Assembly: GCA_018712365.1 (NCBI GenBank)
Contig: DVHD01000113.1
Coordinates: forward strand, 1-62,085
Reading direction: 5' to 3'
DNA length: 62,085 bases
Source of the DNA: Candidatus Limisoma gallistercoris
Lineage (GTDB): Bacteria > Bacteroidota > Bacteroidia > Bacteroidales > Muribaculaceae
Shown: positions 41,924 to 49,300 of the stretch, piece after piece
Numbering within the stretch: position 1 is the stretch's first letter
How the letters are laid out: every line of letters begins with the position of its first letter
Made by a program: the position numbers and the translations under genes
The notes under the pieces: model-generated
Databases searched by the model: none
What the model saw: the letters and a program-made list of their open reading frames with translations, nothing else
Told to the model about the DNA's origin: nothing

Positions 41924-42655
41924 TTATTTCGCGAACATATTCACCTGCTGGAACAGTGAAAAGGTGAAAAATGCGCCGATTATCACGCAGAGTATCACTA
42001 AAAGCGCGTTCAGCACTTTTGCCGACGGCTTGGAGCCGCGCAGCATCTTGCTCTGTATGTATTCGCGGAAGAATATGTAGAGTGCGGGCACTACGCTGCA
42101 CGCCAAGATGTAGTCCTCCGGGATTCCGAAGAAATATATTTTGGAGAAACTTATCAGCGCCCAGTGGCATAGGAACATCGAGAGCACGATGTTGACCCTC
42201 TCGGAAAACGCGAGCATCAGCCCGATTGTGAACACGGCGACTGAGCAGGGCATCACCGGCGATGTCATCATCGGGAAGCCTCGGCCGAGAAGCAGGGATG
42301 CCACGGGATAGACAAACGGCATGGCGAAAAGCACTATCGCGAATTTGTTGTGCTTGCCGGTGCATTCGAGCGAGGCGTGCTTGATGAGCAGGTCGTAGAT
42401 CCATATTCCGCCCATTATGGCCCAGAACAGCGCGTACATCTCGTTGTAGTCGCGTCCGGCGCAGTATATCAGATAATACACTCCGGCAATCCAGAAGTTC
42501 AACGCCGCCATGAACAGCTTCATCGCCACTTTCACCCTGTGCGAGGGACGGCGGTACAGCATCACTGTCAGTAATATTGCCACCGCGACAATCAAAATCT
42601 GCAAATGCCACGTGGAGGAATTGTATGAGGCTATTGTTTCCCAGAATATTTTCAT
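41924..42655 (-). CDS. Multi-pass inner-membrane protein of unknown function
   Basis: A 243-aa protein with about seven hydrophobic segments and no recognised catalytic motif. Confidence 0.7.
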   Translation of the reverse strand: MKIFWETIASYNSSTWHLQILIVAVAILLTVMLYRRPSHRVKVAMKLFMAALNFWIAGVYYLIYCAGRDYNEMYALFWAIMGGIWIYDLLIKHASLECTGKHNKFAIVLFAMPFVYPVASLLLGRGFPMMTSPVMPCSVAVFTIGLMLAFSERVNIVLSMFLCHWALISFSKIYFFGIPEDYILACSVVPALYIFFREYIQSKMLRGSKPSAKVLNALLVILCVIIGAFFTFSLFQQVNMFAK

Positions 42656-42667
42656 AGAAGTATGAGT

Positions 42668-43168
42668 TTAAGATTGTTTGATGTTCCGGCGTGTCATCGA
42701 GAACGCGCGTTTCTTGAAGATGAATATCGGCAACGTGGCACCCGCGGCAAGGAATACTATCACGCTCGTGGCCACCGTAGCGTTGAGGAAGAATGCCTGC
42801 ATGTACTGCAACCCTCCGTCGGGGTCGCCGAGCGACTGCATGAACATGATCAGCGAGAATACAGTCTTGTAGGCATACGTTCCCGGTACCATCGGCAACA
42901 ATGCAGGGATGTAGAGGCAGGTCATCGGCACGTGCGCCCCTTTTCCGAGCCACAGGCTGCCCATTCCTATCGTGAACGAGGCCGCCAACGAGGCCGTGGC
43001 TATATCAAATCCGGCGAAGTGCATCAGGCAGTAGCGCAGGGCGTGTCCTATGGCGGCGAGCAGTGCTATCCGCGGAAAAGCGCGCATAGGCGGGTCGGAA
43101 ATCGCGCCGAACCCCATAGCCGCTACAGCGGCAAACAAACCATCGGAAATTATGTCGAGAGCAATCAT
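42668..43168 (-). CDS. Threonine/serine exporter family protein (ThrE C-terminal-type subunit)
   Basis: A small four-to-five-TM protein, coupled by a 4-nt overlap to the DUF1212-type partner upstream. Confidence 0.8.
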   Translation of the reverse strand: MIALDIISDGLFAAVAAMGFGAISDPPMRAFPRIALLAAIGHALRYCLMHFAGFDIATASLAASFTIGMGSLWLGKGAHVPMTCLYIPALLPMVPGTYAYKTVFSLIMFMQSLGDPDGGLQYMQAFFLNATVATSVIVFLAAGATLPIFIFKKRAFSMTRRNIKQS

Positions 43169-43932
43169 AACAAATTATCTTTTACCATTATCAATGTCAT
43201 CGACAATCCCACAGCTATACATATAATAAGCGACATCGCATTGACCAAACGGCTGAAGCCGATAAGCACATGGCCGTCGAGAATGTCGATTATCCCGTTG
43301 ATTAATGGCACACCCGGCACCAAGAACAACGGACTCGTAGCCAAACAGATTTCCGCCGTACAGTCGAAGCTGAGCGCGGCCGAGGCGCAAAGCGACGCTA
43401 TGAATGCCGACAATATGAATATGACAAAGTGGTTTACCTTATGAGCCTGCATCCGCTGCTTGGCGGCAAATCCCACCAAAGTGGAGGTAAACACGATGCT
43501 CGCCGCCGTCCAGTCGCCACCGAAGAGCTTGCAGAAAGAGGCATTAGCAAGTCCTACCATCAGCAACACAAAAATAGGATCTATGGCAGGCTTCGAGATA
43601 AGCCTGTCATAACGCTCCTTTATCTCATCGAGTGTCAACCGCTCGTCGACAGCCTCCCAGCTCAACGCGCTCAAATCAGAGTTACGCTCGAAACTTATCG
43701 GCAAAGCCGGTATGCCGACAACTCTTGTGATGTTTTCTCCGCTGTCATCGTCGTGGGCGGTCATCACTATGCTTTTCTGAAAAGCCGACATCTGTATGTC
43801 GATTCCCTGCGACTTTCCTATACGCTGGGAATTGCGTATGACGCGCGAAGTATGCACGCCCGACCCTAAGAGATAGGTGGCATAATCGGCGACAAAATCG
43901 GCAATTTTAGTTAATTCTTTGTTTGTTTTCAT
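43165..43932 (-). CDS. Threonine/serine exporter family protein (ThrE/DUF1212 N-terminal-type subunit)
   Basis: IADFVADYATYLLGSGVHTSRVIRN is the typical ThrE N-terminal helix, followed by TM segments. Confidence 0.8.
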   Translation of the reverse strand: MKTNKELTKIADFVADYATYLLGSGVHTSRVIRNSQRIGKSQGIDIQMSAFQKSIVMTAHDDDSGENITRVVGIPALPISFERNSDLSALSWEAVDERLTLDEIKERYDRLISKPAIDPIFVLLMVGLANASFCKLFGGDWTAASIVFTSTLVGFAAKQRMQAHKVNHFVIFILSAFIASLCASAALSFDCTAEICLATSPLFLVPGVPLINGIIDILDGHVLIGFSRLVNAMSLIICIAVGLSMTLIMVKDNLL

Positions 43933-43942
43933 TTTCAGGGTG

Positions 43943-43950
43943 CAAAGGTA
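43943..43950 (-). promoter_or_regulatory. -7 box TACCTTTG for the ThrE pair
   Basis: Reverse complement of caaaggta matches TAnnTTTG, 11 nt upstream of the ATG at 43932. Confidence 0.45.
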
Positions 43951-43989
43951 CTAATTATTTCAATACGCACCGATGCACCCTGAGTGTTT

Positions 43990-44772
43990 TTAATAATACA
44001 GTACTGTGCGGGTGACGAAGCGGTAGGCCTTTCCGTCGCGGTAAACCACCATTTCCGTCCAGTTGCCCTGCGGGTCGGCCTTGACGTATTTGTAGTCGTA
44101 TGTTCCCACGCCGTCAACCGCGAGTTTCGTGAGGCGGCCTTCGTTGTCGTAGGTGTATGTGCGCACGTCGGTATAGCCGTCCATCTCGTTTTCAACAGAT
44201 GTTTTCAGCACTTTTCCGGCCGCGTCGCGGATAGTGTAGTCCGCGCCGTTCTCGCCGTATTCCGTGACAGTGCCGTCGGCGTTCTTTTTCACGTTTTTAG
44301 CCGTTGCCGGATATTCGGCCGTGTAGGGGTCGCTTCCCTCGTAGTAGGTAGTGGTCTTTGTGTTCGCGAGATTGCCGGCCGCGTCGTAGGTGAACACGCT
44401 TTCCGAGAACAGTTTTCCGCTGTCGTAGCGTTTTTCGGTCGTTACCTTGCCGCCGGAATGTGTGTAAACGAATTTCGACTTTATTCCGTCGACTGTCGAT
44501 TCCACAGAAGCCAGCGAGCCGTCGGCTGCATATTGGCGTGTCTCGGCGTTCGGGATGATGCCGAAATCGTCGTACGACAGGTCGGTTGACAGACCCTTGA
44601 TTATCTCGCCGCTTCTCCACATTGTGGTGTATGTCGACACGGCTGTTTTCTTCACGTTGCCTTTCAGCCCGTCGGTAGCCGCGGTCTGCACGCCGGAAAG
44701 CTGTGCCTGCGCCGCTGCGGAGCAGCACAGTGCAAGGGCTATTGCTATTGTCTTGAAAATGCTTTTTTTCAT
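43990..44772 (-). CDS. Secreted protein with YD/Rhs-like short repeats
   Basis: Signal peptide MKKSIFKTIAIALALCCSAAAQA. Repeats FTYDAAGNL and YTYDNEGRLTK. Start set at the internal ATG 44772. Confidence 0.7.
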   Translation of the reverse strand: MKKSIFKTIAIALALCCSAAAQAQLSGVQTAATDGLKGNVKKTAVSTYTTMWRSGEIIKGLSTDLSYDDFGIIPNAETRQYAADGSLASVESTVDGIKSKFVYTHSGGKVTTEKRYDSGKLFSESVFTYDAAGNLANTKTTTYYEGSDPYTAEYPATAKNVKKNADGTVTEYGENGADYTIRDAAGKVLKTSVENEMDGYTDVRTYTYDNEGRLTKLAVDGVGTYDYKYVKADPQGNWTEMVVYRDGKAYRFVTRTVLYY

Positions 44773-44884
44773 CGTAATTGAGTTTGTAAATCGTGTTGTA
44801 AATTCAAAGTCATGATGCGCAGCCACTACGGAGCTACACCGTCGTTGTCGTTTGTGCCGCATTGTGTGCTGACTTGCTCCATGA

Positions 44885-45236
44885 AGCTTTAATTGTCTCC
44901 CTCTGTTTGCGAAGCCTGCGGAGCAAATAGGGGGAGTGGCACGGAGTGCCGAGGGGGTTTTAGCCTGCGGCTCAGGTTATGGGTTATTGGTTAGCCTGTG
45001 ACCCTTAATCTATAACCTGCCACGACTCTGGCACAGAACCCCTCCGTCCAGTTGGGACACCTCCCCTATTAACTGCGCTCCGCTCCGTGAACAGGGGAGG
45101 ACACTTTGTAGAGCGGCTTTTGTCGGATGACGCGGCTTTTGTCGGATGACGCGGCTTTTGTCGGATGACCCATAACCCTTGACCTATGACCTGTGGCGAA
45201 GCCACAATGACCTGTAGCGGCAGCTACAATAATCTG
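44885..45236. repeat. Z-family composite repeat, copy A
   Basis: About 220 nt (44893-45112) align with 46030-46250 with roughly a dozen differences by manual alignment. The copy ends in hairpins TGTGGCGAAGCCACA and TGTAGCGGCAGCTACA. Confidence 0.8.
45113..45169. repeat. Three perfect tandem copies of a 19-nt unit GCGGCTTTTGTCGGATGAC
   Basis: Read directly. Present only in Z copy A. Confidence 0.95.
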
Positions 45237-45950
45237 TCACTTGCCGCTGTAGAATTCGTTGCGCATATTGTCGTATTCCTCTTGGCTGAGGAATTTCAGC
45301 TCTGCAAATTTGCTGAAATCGTTGTTGTAGATGTCGAAAGTGATTATCCCGCCTTTTTCGCTGCACAATTCCCCGGCTTTCACGGTCTGCCCCGGCTGGT
45401 AGTCTGCTTCAAGTTTGCCGCTGTCGTTAGTGCGGAACGGATTCAGATGTCCGAAAATGATAGGTGTGTCGTCAGAAGTCAGTGCCACATAGTGCAGGGG
45501 AGCGTCAGTGAGGGCTTCTTCTCCGGCGGCGCACTCACTCTTGTTTTGTCTTACCACAAAGTCCTTTTTAGCCTCTACCTTGACACGTATGTTGTAATAT
45601 CCGGCATTGAAGAGCTTTACATATTCATCCACTTTCGCTTCTTTCACCTTGAATGCCTCATACGGGTCGCCTGAGAAATCCACATCGTTGCCAACGGCTT
45701 TCGGGCCTTCTTCGGCGGCGCGCTCGAAGCATTCTTTTTCGTAATCCTTGAACTCTTGCATTTTGCTTCTGATGCCGTCGTAGTCGCGTGAGTTGCGGGT
45801 CTCTTCCACGAGTTTTTTCCTGTCGGCGTTGAGCTTCGACAGAATGACAGGAGCTTCACCCAATGTGCTGTTGCTGCCTGAGCCGCAACCCGATACTACT
45901 ACCGACACTGCAAATGCCAATGCCGTGATTTTCAATAAGTTTCTTTTCAT
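45237..45950 (-). CDS. Lipoprotein of unknown function
   Basis: Lipobox VVSGC after MKRNLLKITALAFAVSV. No recognised domain. Confidence 0.75.
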   Translation of the reverse strand: MKRNLLKITALAFAVSVVVSGCGSGSNSTLGEAPVILSKLNADRKKLVEETRNSRDYDGIRSKMQEFKDYEKECFERAAEEGPKAVGNDVDFSGDPYEAFKVKEAKVDEYVKLFNAGYYNIRVKVEAKKDFVVRQNKSECAAGEEALTDAPLHYVALTSDDTPIIFGHLNPFRTNDSGKLEADYQPGQTVKAGELCSEKGGIITFDIYNNDFSKFAELKFLSQEEYDNMRNEFYSGK

Positions 45951-46014
45951 TGTTATTAGTTTATTAGTTAGTAATAAGTTTTTTGTGTTGTTTTAAATCC
46001 AATGCCCTCCAATA

Positions 46015-46305
46015 GGCTGGCATCCTTGATTGTCTCCCTCTGTTTGCGGAGCCTGCCGGAGCAAATAGGGGGAGCGGCACGGAGTGCCGAGGGGGTTGGA
46101 GCCTTCGGCTCTGGTTATAGGTTATTGGTTAGCCTGTGACCCTTAATCTATAACCTGCCACGACACTGGCACAGAACCCCTCCGTCCCGTTGGGACACCT
46201 CCCCTATTAACTGCGCTCCGCTCCGTGAACAGGGGAGGACACTTTGTAGCTCTGCTTTTTTGTGGCTGTCGCCGCGGGTTATTTCCGCTGTGGCGCAGCC
46301 ACACG
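46015..46305. repeat. Z-family composite repeat, copy B
   Basis: Near-identical to copy A over the core. Ends in TGTGGCTGTCGCCGCGGGTTAT and GTGGCGCAGCCAC hairpins that abut the stop codon of the giant gene. Confidence 0.8.
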
Positions 46306-49300
46306 CTATAGCGCGAATTTCACTGCCTTGGCTTCGCCTCCGGCTATGGCTTTCACCACATATACGCCGCCCGGGTAGCCCGCGCAGTCGATTTCGGCCT
46401 GCGGGTCGGAGGTGCGGACTATTTCCATCACCTGTCCCTGCATCGACACTATGTAGAGCGTGGCCTCGTCGCCGTCGTTCCAGCCCGACAGTCTCAGGTT
46501 GCCGCGGTTGTTGGCCACGCGCAACTGCCATTCTCCGTCGTTGTAGTCGCGCAACTCGGTTACGCCTCCTGCTCCCTCCTCGCAAACGATAGTAGCCTCT
46601 GCCGTCAGTCCGGAGCCGTCGAGAGCCGTGGCGCGTACCACCACGTTGCCCGAACCCTCGCCTGTGGCTGTCAGCAAGCCGTTGGCGTCGATGGTAGCCA
46701 ATCCGTCGCCTTCAACAATTTCCCACGCCACGCGGTTGAACGTTGCCGACAGCGGTTGCATCTCCGTGAACAGGTGCAATGCGCCTTGCCCGTAGGTCAG
46801 TCTCATTTCCGGCTCTACGGAAAGTATCTGCATGCTTGTAGCGTAGGTAGCGGCTATGGCCTCGCTTGTCGATACCACATTGGAGCTTACCGCCACGCCT
46901 GTCCTGCCCGCAGCTTTGGCGCGCTGCATATCGGCGGCAGTCGGGGTGAACGTAACGGCGTAGAACATTTCGCCCTGCGGCGCGTTCATATCCGTATAGT
47001 TCTGCTGGCTTCCCGCTATCTGTGTCAGCTCCGTCAGATTGTCGGCCGACGGCCCGCGCATGATGGTGTAGTAGTCCACCTCCATACCCTCGTAGCTGTT
47101 CCACATCAGGTTGTAGCCTCCTGCGGCAGCCAAGTTAATCATCACGTGGAGCGGCTTGTGCGGGTCGCTCGCGTAGCTCTTCTGTCCGTTATCGGCCGCA
47201 AGGTTGATTATGTAGCGTTCCGACTTCACTGCCGGGTCGGATTCCGGGTCGGTGAACGCTCCTTCCGACAGGTCGGCTTCTCCGATTACCGAGTATTTGT
47301 CCACGCGGTTGGTTTCCTTGCTTATCACAACCTTGCCCACCTGCTGCGGCATTCCTGTGGTGTTCCAGCTTACGGTGTAGTGTCCGGCAGCGTCGGCTGT
47401 GACGCCCGCTATCTCCGCCAACGGCATCGCTTCAGCCACTACGGCCTCGCGGCGGCAGGTGTTGCCCTGAATATCGTCCTCGACATACGACTCTATAGTG
47501 TATGTCCCTGTTTCCGCAAAGGTGATTACCGCAATCTCATCGCCGCGCTTCCACTCTATCGTCACGCGCTCGTCGTCGCAGCGGAATCCGCATTCGCGTG
47601 AGTTGTTGAGCATCGCTTCCGGCACTTCCACCTCAATGGGCGCGCCGGCAAGCGGATTCTCCGGCAATGTGAAGTCAACGTCCAGCAAATCCACAACGGT
47701 TATCGCCGAATTGATTGTGATTCCGCCGACGGTGAGGGTGATGTCCTTCACACCCGGCTCGTCCCACTTCGCCGTTATCTCGCCGTTGCCCTTGTCGGCA
47801 ACAACCGTTCCGCCGTCAAGCTCATAGCTGAACGATGAGGCTTGCGTTCCAACGTATTTCAGCGTTGTTTCCGCTCCCTTGGCCACCTTGTCGGCAGCGT
47901 CGACGTATCCGGCCGCGCTGATTGTGATTTCCACCGGCTCGGTCATCGGCGAATGCTCGTTGAAGGCGTCGATAGCCTGTATCTGCACCTCGTAGGTCTG
48001 TCCGGCCTCCAAGAATTCCGAAGGCACGGTCATCCGTGTGGATTTCTTGTACATATAGCTCGGCACTACGGCAGCCTCGTCGGAAAGGGCGTTCATCGGC
48101 GAGATTACGAAGCTGTTCTCCCCGGTCGCGCCTTTCTTCTTCACGCTCACGTTGTACTGCATCTGCACAGCCGGGGTGTGGTCGTCCTTAGCGTCGCTCC
48201 ACGTTATCAGCATGCCGTCGGCTGTCTGCTTAGCCATCACGCCCGACGGACGCTCCGGGGCTTGGTTGCCGCTCTTGCCCAAAGTCTTGTTGTAACCGCC
48301 GATTTGCGGATATGCGCCGTCGCTAAGGGCGATGAATGGCGATGCGTCGTTGCTAACGCCGTTGGTACGGCAAAGCTCCGCCTTGAAATCCGGCTGCATC
48401 AGCAAGATTGCGTATGAGGGCATAGCGTCGGTGCCTGCCGGGTCTTCCGCCTTTATCGGGATGTCGGGATAACCGTTGTTGTCGAAGTCGTAAAGCCTGA
48501 AATAGTCGTCTTTACTGCTAAGCAGAGAGAAATTATAGTCGCCGACAAGCGGTATCCGCACCTCTTCCTTGCACGGCCATTCGCTTTCCGGCTTTCCGGG
48601 AATCACGCGGATAAAGTTCTCGCCCGATTTGCGGTAGAACAAATCCAAATAGCCGTCGCTGTTGAGGTCGCCGAACAGTGCCGGGAAATTATACGAATCA
48701 AAACTTACCTCGAACATCGGCTTCTCGTCCTCGAACGAAAAATCACCTGTCGGGTCTTTCAGCAAAGCGTACATCGTCCATATGTCGTTGTCACTGTCGC
48801 GTTTCGACGCTATCGCGTCGATAAAGCCGTCGCGGTTTATGTCGTGATAATATTCAGCGTCCAGCCGAACTGTCTTTTCCGGATTTTCCTTGTCGGGAAT
48901 CTCGAAAGATTCCACTTGCGTGAACGTGATGTTGTCGCCTCCGTTCAGATAGCTTGGGTTGGCCGTGTGACTTGTGTCATAGAACCATTCCGGATAGCCG
49001 TCGTTGTTCATGTCGCCGAGCAGCAATCCTCGCGGTATATTTCTGTCTGCGTTTATCATCATAAGCTCTTTTGTGCTGTTCTCGAAGCTGAAATCGTCGA
49101 AGCCGCTGTTGATAAACACGTTGCCTTTCTCCTCGTCGGACATGAAATCCAAATAGCCGTCCTTGTTGAAGTCGAGGATGCCGTATGGAGTCGTGCTCAA
49201 ATCCGTATTGAACAATTTGCCGACTTTTGTGAATGTCCCGTCGCCATCGTTCGACCACATCCCTTTATGTGCTGATGCAGCAAATGAAGAAACAATGGCA

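Noticed and set aside
41841-42953. 370-aa ORF spanning the RsmF-like start, the membrane-protein gene and part of the ThrE gene
   Set aside because: It crosses two intergenic gaps and three better-supported genes in a different frame, and is Arg-rich.
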